36,182 nt of DNA from contig NC_068987.1 in assembly GCF_001194135.2 (NCBI RefSeq), positions 99,967,639 to 100,003,820 of the forward strand. Direction: 5' to 3'. The position numbers were made by a program, and so were the translations under genes. This document shows, in pieces, positions 1 to 12,210 of the stretch (position 1 is its first letter; every line of letters begins with the position of its first letter). The stretch is from Octopus bimaculoides. Its lineage: Eukaryota. Under the pieces are notes generated by a model. It worked only from the letters and a program-made list of their open reading frames with translations, ran no database searches and was not told the origin of the DNA.

Positions 1-52
1 TATTATTATTATTTTTATAATCAGTATTATTATTATTATTATTTTTATAATC

Positions 53-147
<95 letters not shown>
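1..147 (+). repeat. (TAT)n/(TAA)n microsatellite forming the tail or target of the LINE; the first 30 bp are tandemly duplicated
   Basis: Direct reading; tattattattatttttataatcagtattat occurs twice at 1-60. Confidence 0.95.
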
Positions 148-148
<1 letters not shown>

Positions 149-149
149 T

Positions 150-870
150 TGTTTTGGCTCGGGTTCTGTCTTATTCCTTGTAGGATTTATGCAAGTAGCG
201 GACTAGGACTTGTAACCTTAGGCATCAGCAGTATTTCAATTGCCTACAAACCTCCTGATAATTCTTATTGTTCCTAATAGACAAACTGTCTGTAGGAGCT
301 CTACTGGGCATTCAATTCTAACCCCTTCATCTATTTATCTATAACTTTGATTACTGTTTCTAATGCACCAATTATTATAGGCGCGACTTTACTGTTTCCA
401 TGGTCGAAATCTTCCTTTTCCTTTACAATCCTTCACTCAAACAATCATGTTCCGTCGATTAGTAAGCAACTTCGCTTTTCCTTTTCTATGTTTTCTTGTA
501 TGTCCGGTTTATTAATTTCTAACTTCTTGTCCACTTGAATAAGTAAGTTCACAAAAACTTACATTTCTCCGATTTCAGTACTCTTTTGACTCGATGATAG
601 TACCATGTGTTTCCAGATTCAGATCACCATTTCTGGTAATGTTCCCTGTGTAAAAGTTTAACAACCTGATCGTGCCTCCGTTTTTTCTTATAGTCTTCCT
701 GTGTGAACTTGAGGCATTCTTCCACAATGTGTGGCACTGTCTTTTTCCAAGTTTCACAATCTCTACATATTTTAAGCACATTCTCACGATATATTATCTT
801 TCTCAAGTTGTTTGTTTTTATCGCTAGGTCTTACGCTGCTACAATTAGCCTCTTTTTTTTATTGCCCCTT
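150..870 (-). mobile_element. 3' fragment of an RLE-type non-LTR retrotransposon (R4/Dong-like), degenerate
   Basis: Manual minus-strand translation across stops and frameshifts gives LIVAA*DLAIKTNNLRKII (cf. AAQDQAI), the zinc knuckle CRDC..KTVPHIVEEC..FTQEDYKKKRRHDQV, an endonuclease-like IQVDKKLEINKPDI...LLID, then APIIIGALETV and ELLQTVCLLGTIRIIR. A short 3' UTR runs into (TAA)n. Confidence 0.85.
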
Positions 871-1597
871 ATTTATGCTAATCCTAGGATTGTTTTCTTA
901 TTTTTTTTTAGTTGTGTTCTGTACGTTTTTCCTGTTCACCCTAATGAGCGGGTCGTTGCCGTGATGCACTTTAAATGTAATCGAACCGCGTTGATGAGCT
1001 ATGTTTGAATTGATTTTGTGGAACTCTTTTTGCTCATGGATTCTAACCTAACATGGTTTTAAGAATTGAACTTTTTGGACGTACTCTTGAGAAAGGAGAG
1101 TAAAAAGTAATTTTTTAGAAATATGTTTAGTCGATTGATATTTTATTTTATCTTAGTTTATTTAGTATTTTATTCGCATGACACGATTTACAATTTTAAT
1201 GAATTTTTAGTCGTTTATATTTATCTTCTGATAGGCCGTTCTATATATTTGTATTTCATTTGCATATATATCTTTACCTTCTGTGTTTTTATGTATATAT
1301 ATTTTTTTATGTATTTAAGAACCATGGTAATATTAATATATGATCAAATTGTTGAGGTATGGTGTTATACGTAAAGTCGTTGGCTCAAATTTGATGTTAG
1401 TTCTATGATCAATGTTTCTTTATCTCTGTCTCATTTACATTTGAGCACTTATGTTTTGCAGTCCTATAAACACTTTTATTTCCATAAAAAGAAACAAATA
1501 TTATTTCTAGTCGTATATATATNNNNNNNNNNNNNNNNNNNNNNNNNNNNNNNNNNNNNNNNNNNNNNNNNNNNNNNNNNNNNNNNNNNNNNNNNNN

Positions 1598-1636
<39 letters not shown>

Positions 1637-2022
1637 TACGTCAATTGCCCCGGCACATCTAGCATCGATCCCTTACGGGTGGGATATCTCATCGGGTGAT
1701 AAATAAATGCAACGCGTGAAAATAACATTTCCGCAATGTATCTTCTAATTTCGTAGAAAAAAAAAAGCAGCAAAACGACGGAAATATCTTCATTTGTATA
1801 GAAGATCAAAAATAAAATTACAGGTGCAAAAACAAACGTACGCGTAGCACCAATGTATGTATGTATATATACACGCTATCATGTGTAAGGGATAGTTGTG
1901 AAATGAGCTATGCTGAAGCTGATGACAATAAAATTATTAAGATGATAAATGGTAAGTTAAAATTTGCGAATTTACTGCACTGCATTATCAGGCATAGGAG
2001 TTGAACACCAATCTCGAAAACT

Positions 2023-2088
2023 AGGAATCCCCTCAACAACGAATCCTCACAACAAGGAATCCTCACAAAAAAAAAAAAAAAAAAAAAA
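2023..2088 (+). repeat. Three ~16-bp tandem units (GAATCCTCACAACAA-like) followed by poly(A)
   Basis: ggaatcccctcaacaac / gaatcctcacaacaag / gaatcctcac followed by about 22 A. Confidence 0.75.
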
Positions 2089-3109
2089 CATTAAAATATT
2101 TGTTAGCCGAGAAAATTAGAAGTAAGTGACACAAACATGCATCTAATTTGTTCTAGTCCTGTATTTTTCAGCACGTAAAATCAATTTCAGTTCTTCTAGT
2201 CAGCATTGTGCTACAACCACCGGCCACTGGACTGGTACATGTACTCCTAATCTTAATTTCAAGATCATCATTTTACAGAGTCTAAATAATTACGATTGCA
2301 TCTACACCAGAAAAAAAATTATTGGTTGTTCTGCTATTCGAACCGGGGGTGGGGGATTAATGACAAATCTAAGTCCAGATTTATCTTAACTAAAATAAAT
2401 CTTGTAAACTACTCTCTTATTATTGCCACACCAACGCCCTTGAGATATAAAAAAAAAAAGGTAGAAGTCCCAACATAATCCGTATCTAGAATCTACTGCA
2501 TTATTGTACTTGTAAACATATACATTGCTGTCCACGTGAATTTGCAATATTACAGAAAATGCTATAGCTACAGATATTTCTCAAACAGTAAACACAGATA
2601 TACTTCACACAAAGTTATCCATACGCATATAATGAAATTTACAATTTGTAACTCGTAAGAACGAGTCGATGTATTTTATTACATCTTCCTTCGGAGTCTT
2701 CATTTATGGATGATACATTTCTATCTATATTATTTTAGTATTTTTCACCTATGATATGAAATATCTACATATATATTGCCAGTGCGCTATATAATCAAAT
2801 CCTGTTTAAATGCATAATTGGACGTTCAGGAAATGGATAGGAAAAATCTCATAAACAAAGACAAACTGTATGCCACTCTGATATTAGCAAATACCCGCAT
2901 GGATATGAGGTTTTCAAACTAAATAAATAATTTTGCAATATCTTTCTATCTTTTTATTTTTCTATATATATCTATCAAAGTATTTTTCTCTTTCACGCTT
3001 TCTTTCTCTCTCCCTCTCTCTGTCTCTCTCTCTTTCTCATTTCTGTACACAACGTGCGCGGACACACATATGCATATACACACTAACATACACACATACT
3101 ACATACATA

Positions 3110-3240
<131 letters not shown>

Positions 3241-4350
3241 CAGGCAGACGCACGAATGCGCCTTCGCACACATATATATCAACAACAAACAGAATTTACA
3301 TATATAGTCACAAAATTTTAGTGATAGAACTTGGCATCGTCAGTTTTCCCCAGAGACCATAATACCTTCTGTTCATGTTCTGTTCTGTTCAGCATTTTAC
3401 GACACATTCGCTTCACTTACGGAGATGAAAGTAGCAATTTTCTCCTCTATCGTGTAACTTTAAAATTTTACCTTCACACTTAACCGGCCACAAATGAAAC
3501 CATTTTATGGAATAAATATAATGTTTGAACAACATAAAACTACTCACATGTATTATCTGGGCAAGCTGGCTTACGATGACTTTGTTGTTTTTATAAAATG
3601 AAAATAAATACAGTATTAATATAAATATATAAAACATTTATTTACCTTCAGTAAAAGTGTAAGCCAAATTTATGAAATAATTTATAATACCATTAAATAG
3701 AACCATATTTCCAAACAGAACTTTGTCATTTTCCATAAGATACATTTTCAATATTAATTTAGTTTCCCACAGAAAGATTGCCGAATGAAAATAACCATTA
3801 TATTTAGTAAAAATTGATGGCTTCTTGCATATATGCCCGACTGGTGTGTGATTGTGTCAAGCATTCGAGTTGCTTATGATAAAGAGGGTGTTAATGCTAA
3901 TATGTGATCCGACCTAATGTGATCTATATGCGTTGCGATTAATTTTCACTAGAAATATAGTGTCCGTAAGGGCACAAAATATAAAAATTGCCATCTCCTT
4001 TCAGCTTTCTATAATTATTCTCGTGAAAGCCGTATTCTATCTACATCTATGTCTGTCTATTTATCTCTGCGTCAATATATAAAATTTGTATTTGTTTAAC
4101 TCTTTTCTCTTTCATGTGGGTATCAATTTGCATGCATATTCTTGTACAAATATATTAAGGGAAGTATATATGTGCATTATTGTACATATATATTAAGGGG
4201 AGTATCTATTCAGTCCCCCTGAACACACAAACACACACACACACACACATATATATATAAACACACATGTAGGTGTAGGAGTTTGACAACTACTAACGCA
4301 CGAAACAGTTGTACCCTGAGTCACTCTATTCCTTGTGCTAAATATCACTA

Positions 4351-4392
<42 letters not shown>

Positions 4393-5343
4393 TAGTTATC
4401 GCCAAGCCAACATGGCAGTCCCAAAATTAGGACGAAAGCTGCCGTGAATTAGCTCCAAGAAGCCATCGCCTCTAGCTAGCTATGTGACACACGAAACCTG
4501 TATATATATATATATATNNNNNNNNNNNNNNNNNNNNNNNNNNNNNNNNNNNNNNNNNNNNNNNNNNNNNNNNNNNNNNNNNNNNNNNNNNNNNNNNNNN
4601 NNNNNNNNNNNNNNNNNNNNNNNNNNNNNNNNNNNNNNNNNNNNNNNNNNNNNNNNNNNNNNNNNNNNNNNNNNNNNNNNNNNNNNNNNNNNNNNNNNNN
4701 NNNNNNNNNNNNNNNNNNNNNNNNNNNNNNNNNNNNNNNNNNNNNNNNNNNNNNNNNNNNNNNNNNNNNNNNNNNNNNNNNNNNNNNNNNNNNNNNNNNN
4801 NNNNNNNNNNNNNNNNNNNNNNNNNNNNNNNNNNNNNNNNNNNNNNNNNNNNNNNNNNNNNNNNNNNNNNNNNNNNNNNNNNNNNNNNNNNNNNNNNNNN
4901 NNNNNNNNNNNNNNNNNNNNNNNNNNNNNNNNNNNNNNNNNNNNNNNNNNNNNNNNNNNNNNNNNNNNNNNNNNNNNNNNNNNNNNNNNNNNNNNNNNNN
5001 NNNNNNNNNNNNNNNNNNNNNNNNNNNNNNNNNNNNNNNNNNNNNNNNNNNNNNNNNNNNNNNNNNNNNNNNNNNNNNNNNNNNNNNNNNNNNNNNNNNN
5101 NNNNNNNNNNNNNNNNNNNNNNNNNNNNNNNNNNNNNNNNNNNNNNNNNNNNNNNNNNNNNNNNNNNNNNNNNNNNNNNNNNNNNNNNNNNNNNNNNNNN
5201 NNNNNNNNNNNNNNNNNNNNNNNNNNNNNNNNNNNNNNNNNNNNNNNNNNNNNNNNNNNNNNNNNNNTATATATATATATTGAATACATACGACTGCCCG
5301 CCGTTGTATCGTTCGAATGGTTCCATTCACTCCATCTGAATTT

Positions 5344-5548
5344 AGGAACAGGTACTGCAATGGTCTCAGGTTCAAAGGCCCACGGCTCTTCAATGCCCTA
5401 CCAAAATAATTAAGAAATCTGAATAAGGTGGAAGTAGTAACCTTCAAAAATGAACTAGACAACCTCCTCTCCACAATACCAGATGAACCGGATGTGGTGC
5501 AGGCGAGGGCAGCAGAATCAAACTTCCTTGTGTACCAAATGGGGTAGC
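5344..5548 (+). mobile_element. CR1-group LINE ORF2 C-terminal remnant
   Basis: Translates RNRYCNGLRFKGPRLFNALPK*LRNLNKVEVVTFKNELDNLLSTIPDEP...RAAESN, matching the typical GPRLFNxLP...FKxxLDxxLxxxPDEP tail. It has one in-frame stop. Confidence 0.75.
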
Positions 5549-7029
5549 ATCTGGGACAAAGGCACATACAGGAGTGGTAATGTGAAACACTCACGACTGA
5601 GAAAGTCAGAGAGACCACAGTGGTGACAAAAAATAATCGCATCGCCGATGCCGAAACAAGTAAAAGAGTGTAACCTGATGATGTATCGGTTATGCCTGTT
5701 ACGGCCAATAATAAACATTTCATAGCTAGACCACATCATGAAGCAGAAGTATCTGCAGCATGTAGGTATACCTGGGGTGAGACTATGTTAATGTAATACA
5801 GTTGTACTGGATGACTCACGTGGAAAACATCGAAAACTGGGCCCAAATGCCGTTGCAAGTGTCTTTATATTTCAATGAAGAAGGCCACCTGATGTTTACT
5901 ACGTGGACGAAGACAAATCATCAGAAAGGATGGAAGGAGATAAACAAAGACGTAAATAGTGTAGAGACAAATTCAATGAAACTATATTGAGAATAGCAAA
6001 AGAGTAAAGGTTAGAATAAAGTATATTACACAAAAATTACGAACGGTACTATGCAATAAGTTCAATCAGGTTTGTGGAAGTACGTTTGGTCCACAATCCC
6101 CCGAAGACTTAAATAATTATATATTTTCTATTAACCAATTTCTCCAACGTAGATCAAATATATGCATATGTATATGTAAAAGTTCCCGTCTAAATGTAAA
6201 TCAATATGTGCGTATGCAATTATGCAGTGATTGTTTCATTGAAACAGTTTAACTGAATCACATAATCGAGTATCACTCGATATGGCAGACAGGGGAATAT
6301 ATGTTTAATATACACACATCCATATATATATGTGTGTATATATATATATATNNNNNNNNNNNNNNNNNNNNNNNNNNNNNNNNNNNNNNNNNNNNNNNNN
6401 NNNNNNNNNNNNNNNNNNNNNNNNNNNNNNNNNNNNNNNNNNNNNNNNNNNNNNNNNNNNNNNNNNNNNNNNNNNNNNNNNNNNNNNNNNNNNNNNNNNN
6501 NNNNNNNNNNNNNNNNNNNNNNNNNNNNNNNNNNNNNNNNNNNNNNNNNNNNNNNNNNNNNNNNNNNNNNNNNNNNNNNNNNNNNNNNNNNNNNNNNNNN
6601 NNNNNNNNNNNNNNNNNNNNNNNNNNNNNNNNNNNNNNNNNNNNNNNNNNNNNNNNNNNNNNNNNNNNNNNNNNNNNNNNNNNNNNNNNNNNNNNNNNNN
6701 NNNNNNNNNNNNNNNNNNNNNNNNNNNNNNNNNNNNNNNNNNNNNNNNNNNNNNNNNNNNNNNNNNNNNNNNNNNNNNNNNNNNNNNNNNNNNNNNNNNN
6801 NNNNNNNNNNNNNNNNNNNNNNNNNNNNNNNNNNNNNNNNNNNNNNNNNNNNNNNNNNNNNNNNNNNNNNNNNNNNNNNNNNNNNNNNNNNNNNNNNNNN
6901 NNNNNNNNNNNNNNNNNNNNNNNNNNNNNNNNNNNNNNNNNNNNNNNNNNNNNNNNNNNNNNNNNNNNNNNNNNNNNNNNNNNNNNNNNNNNNNNNNNNN
7001 NNNNNNNNNNNNNNNNNNNNNNNNNNNNN

Positions 7030-7069
<40 letters not shown>

Positions 7070-7072
<3 letters not shown>

Positions 7073-7270
7073 ATATGTGCCTGTGTTTGTCCCACGTCAC
7101 ATCGCTTGACAACCGATGTCGGTGTGTCACTGTAAGTTAGTGGTTCGGCAAAATAGGTCAATAGAACAAGTACTAGGCTTACAAAGTATCGAGTGATTTG
7201 CTCGATTAAAGGCGGCGGTCCGGCATGGCCGCAGTCAAATGACTGAAACAGATCGAAGAATAAAAGAATA
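7070..7270 (+). mobile_element. SINE 3' half (family also at 23620-23780 and 35225-35360)
   Basis: Shares gacaaccgat..ggtgtg...ttagtggttcggcaaaa..gatagaataagtac and ggcatggccgcagtcaaatgactgaaaca with the other copies in the window. Confidence 0.75.
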
Positions 7271-9920
7271 TATAAATAGTCACAAACCTTAAGATGTACT
7301 TTCCCAAACGAGATTCTTGATGATTTTCTTGTAGTTTAGCCACTCTTTAATCTCGTTCCCTCCGAATTATTAACAAAGTGATTAGAGGTGTATAATATTA
7401 TCATTCCTTCAACTGGAATGCCAGGTATGGCGTAATATATGGAAGGGTGAACGCTAAACGTAACACGAAAAGCAACTGCAAAGAAGATTCGGTTCCTTAC
7501 ATTGATGGAAAGTTTTCGTTACAACCAAAAGTAAATGTACTTTTAGAAATGTACAGAGGAAATGCAGAATAGTAACAAAACATCAATTACGGACAGTAAT
7601 TCCTAAGTACGGTCTAACGAACACACGAACATTAACTTGAGAAGAAAATCCAACATTCGGTGTCTTCACATAGCAAGGCACAGTGTGTGTCAACTGGGAA
7701 AAGCGTTCGTGGATACTAGTTGTAGAAGATATACCCATATGGCAGATTACTAAATTTCTTAATGCGAAATAATCCTTTTCCTTTTATGCTGACGCCATGA
7801 AACAACAAAATGTACGAGGGCTGTAGAATGTACTGATGTGTGCTGAGTAGCGGATTTCAAGGCGTCCAGAAAATATTGCAAATATGTATTTCACAAATTT
7901 TTCATAATCAGAAATTTGACTCTATCAGAGATAATACACACAGACACGCTCCTGCAACTCACCTACAGGCACCAATCTTCTAGCTCTGTCTTTTCTTCTG
8001 CTACGATAACGAACTCTCTTCCGCGGACTATGAGTAACTTTTCCATTCAATCAACCCGACTCATTGGTCTCCCTTCTGCTTGTCACATATGTTGATTCAA
8101 TCTCATCGCAGAGACAATCGTTTGTCCACAAAATATCCATCATTAGGAACCGTATCTTTGGTTGTCTTCATGTACTTGTAGATGTCCAATTGCAATATAT
8201 TAGATAGAAATCAAGGGTAGCTTTTCTCACCAGTGTCAGAAGACCAGCAAGGACATTGGTGATAAATCCTTAATCAGACTAATCTAACGAAAAATTAAAA
8301 ATACAATGAACATTACGGTAAATCTCCTTCGTTCCGATGAACTCAGCACTTTCAGAGAAGGGCGACATAATGGTAACTCAATACACTTGAACACAGAGCT
8401 GAATCGGAGCTAAATATCCATAGGAATACACGGATACTTTTATTTTACATAAAATATTAAATAATCTATCGCGGCACTGATAATCTCTGGATATATTTTA
8501 ATAGGATCTACTGTATATGGACATATTTAAAACGAGGAAATGGGTAGGTCATTAGCTTTTATCGTTTTTCTTTTTAATAAAACGCGTTAGAATATCAACT
8601 GAGATTTCTCTCTGCGTTTTGAGTTAAGATACCACCGATGTTATTTAGGCCTTTGTTCTTTAGGGCATCGATATGTGAGAGACAGTTGTTTCATCTGTCG
8701 ATTGTAGCTGCTATCTATAAGCCCACTCTTACAACACCGAAAGTAATGCTGCTTTGGCATGATAATCATGTTGAAGATACACATGTTAGGTGAATACTTT
8801 ATCGCTTACATCTTAATTCTAAGAGAAGAATGCTTTTGACTTAACAACTGAATACTCATCGAAATGTATCGTTCATATTGTGAGTTCATATATTCAATGT
8901 GAAATTGTTGTAGTTTGATAAGTTTCTCTGTCACTGGGCGTATTGCAATTGAAGGCTAATGTTTCGTCTGTTAAATCTATGACGAACTGCCAGTTGCGAA
9001 ACATATTTTACTCCTTCTGTCAATACAATACGTCTGAATCAAAAGGGCATACGTCATAACATACTCCTCAGCGCAGACATCCTAACATTTCTGAGGATTA
9101 TACTTTAAGTATATACCTATGTGCTTATCAGTTTATGTATTACGAATTGCCTGGAGCAATATATAGGACTTCCATGTATGTGTGTGTGTGTTTGTGTGTG
9201 TGGCTGTCTGTCTGTATTATCCTAAGCAGGTCTCTAAATAACAGCATTGCAACTGCACATGTGTTGCTTCATTTTTGAAGGTATAATATATTTTCGCAAT
9301 GTTTCCCCTGTTTTCGAAGTCGGTATGGAATGGTTTAAGGAAGGACTGATGGCTTTTTCTAGCTAGTCGAGCATCCATATACAGTAACACTTACGTGTAA
9401 TAATATTAAGCATATACACTTATATACAGCAATTTCAGTTTCAAAGAGACTGCTGAAGGGTATCCACCCGCTCTACCACTTCCACTATATTGAATTTTCT
9501 CCCCTTTGATCTGAAATTTTGATATACATTCCCTTTTACGTTTAGCCAATCCTTTAGCTTCAACCACTTATTCATCTCAAATTGGTGTTCTCAACGAAAT
9601 AGTATTTGATATTATTCATATAAAACAATCTTTCTGAGGATATATATTTTATTCATACTTTCTGGGTTCCTTCTTATCAATATATCGAGTCAAGATGTGA
9701 TATATTACAATGTTATATTAGGTAGTAGAAGAATAAATTTGATTTTGTGTGGGATAAGTGAATCATGTATTACAAATAAATCAGCAAGAATACAGTAGAA
9801 GTTAAATGTCCAATTACAATAGACATTTTTGCATAACTTCAGGATCAAGATCAGGTAACCCCAGTGTTTGTAATGAGTAACATAATATCTCCAATAATCC
9901 ATATACGCATGTACATATGC

Positions 9921-9977
9921 ATCTATCTATCTATCTATCTATGTATGTAAGTATCTATCTATCTGTCTGTCTATCTG

Positions 9978-10036
<59 letters not shown>

Positions 10037-10073
10037 GTCTATCTATCTATCTATCTATCTATCTGTATGTCTG

Positions 10074-10131
<58 letters not shown>

Positions 10132-10155
10132 GATCGATCGATCGATCGATCTATC
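9921..10155 (+). repeat. (ATCT)n tetranucleotide array ending in a palindromic (GATC)n run
   Basis: Direct reading. Confidence 0.95.
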
Positions 10156-11040
10156 AATATATCTCGCTAGGTGTGTGTATCGTGATGATCTTTTCATTGC
10201 CGTTGTTACTTTTCGATCGCGTATTAGTGTCCATGAATGTACATTGTTTATATGTAAAACATTTATATATATATATATNNNNNNNNNNNNNNNNNNNNNN
10301 NNNNNNNNNNNNNNNNNNNNNNNNNNNNNNNNNNNNNNNNNNNNNNNNNNNNNNNNNNNNNNNNNNNNNNNNNNNNNNNNNNNNNNNNNNNNNNNNNNNN
10401 ATATATAATTATGTTTATATGAGAGTTAGAGATTAAAGCAGAGTATTAGCAGATGCATTCGAGTATTGATTAAAATTTAAGTTTTTCGATTTCTTGTCTC
10501 TCACCACTGTTTGGATGGAGACATGTATATGTCTGTGTGTATGTGTGTATGTATATATGTATATAGGTATGCATATATGCATGTATGTATATATGTAGTT
10601 GAATGGATAGTTAGATAGGCACATGCAGATAGATACATACAGGCAGACAAACACATACGCTAAACCATATACATGTTTAATGTTTTTAAATTGATAAGAT
10701 AGTGGTGGTTGTTATTATCTGGCCGAGGTGAGGATTCAGGAATTCGACCACCTGAATTACGTACTCAGTACTTATGGCGCTAGTAGTTGTACACAGAGTT
10801 CGGTATGTTTTAGTTATTTCTGTGGCAGAATCAAAATCAAGCAATGTGTAACAAGCCCGTATCTTTTTGAATTACAAGTATATTTCACTTAGTTCAATCA
10901 ACCCGGTTTCCCATTTTATGATCAACTTGAGCTTAGAGAAAATGATATGTTTTCCGTGTTGGTGCGAATCGGTATCGAACAGGCATCTCATATTTGCAAA
11001 GCAACCTTCTAAAATTTCGGTCATATTGCAGATATATACT

Positions 11041-11042
<2 letters not shown>

Positions 11043-11112
<70 letters not shown>
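11043..11112 (+). repeat. (CA)n microsatellite
   Basis: Direct reading. Confidence 0.95.
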
Positions 11113-11114
<2 letters not shown>

Positions 11115-12122
11115 AACACACGCATATAGGCTCATACACACCTGTGCATGCATACAGAGACCCTCCGCAGTTTTGTTGTTTATCTCTCTCGTTCACAGCC
11201 GCCTCCGGTTTCCATGTACTTCCTATTTGAATTTATTCTCCAGAAGGATTGAGATATTAATTACTCCGGTCCATACCCACAACAGTTCGCCTACGTCGTT
11301 CTCTCTATCTTTAATGCATGAGCGTCTTCCTTTGTGTTATAGCGGATGGCTGCAACCGCGACGTCTCATCAATTTCTGGGGTTACACTACCTATTCTTAC
11401 TCTGGCCACAGTAAGTAGATGTCAGTGCTCACTCGGCTGATCTCAAAGGCACAGAGGAGTGTTTCCTCACTTCTTCTTCGCTTACGAAGCGAACCTATAC
11501 TGTGCCGTATTTTTTTCCACTCGTGTAATATGTCGTTATATACTTTATCTCTGATATCTATATAACTGATTTTCTATATTAATGACTTTGTGTTACTTAC
11601 GTTAATTGGCATGCAATTGATATTTCTTCATTCATAAATTCTTGCTTATAGATTTGAGATAGTGTTGAAGTTAGATGTGATTTTAAAAGACTTTTTTTTT
11701 TTAATATTAAGGCGATCATCGATGAGAAAGCATGTAGTAAGAACCCATTTAATCTTTCAAAAGAGTTTGACATTTCTTTCTATAATGAAATATGTATTTA
11801 TACAAGCTTACTTTTCCGCATGGATTTGCTTAAATATCCCTTTTGCACGTTTGCTGAACCATCAACGGCTTAACTCAAAGATAGATTAAAAATACGTTTA
11901 CAAATATATTTTACAAGTTTTCTCATGTGAAACCGTGTGTTGAAACAGATATTTTTAGACTTCAGATTGGTCATTTATTTTTTCTTGCAAAATAAATGGT
12001 CGCTGAAAAGATCACAAATGTGTGATTAAGGATTCCAGACAATGGACATAAATTAAGAACAATAATAAACATGTGAAAAACGAATATATAGTGCGTGTGT
12101 CTCTTTGGCAAGAAAAAGCATG

Positions 12123-12210
12123 CCGAAATATTAAAATAAATATGTAACATCCCGAAATATGTAACATCCCGAAATATAACTTCTCGAAATATTACAATAA
12201 ATATGTAACA
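12123..12210 (+). repeat. Short imperfect tandem repeat (~17-bp unit CGAAATATGTAACATCC)
   Basis: aaatatgtaacatcccgaaatatgtaacatcccgaaatataacttctcgaaatat. Confidence 0.75.

Noticed and set aside
4472-7161. Long ORFs of 250-415 aa in the ORF track (also near 16039, 25714 and 34810)
   Set aside because: They consist of X from N-gaps plus microsatellite translation (YIYI, HTHT, CVCV), so they are not coding evidence.
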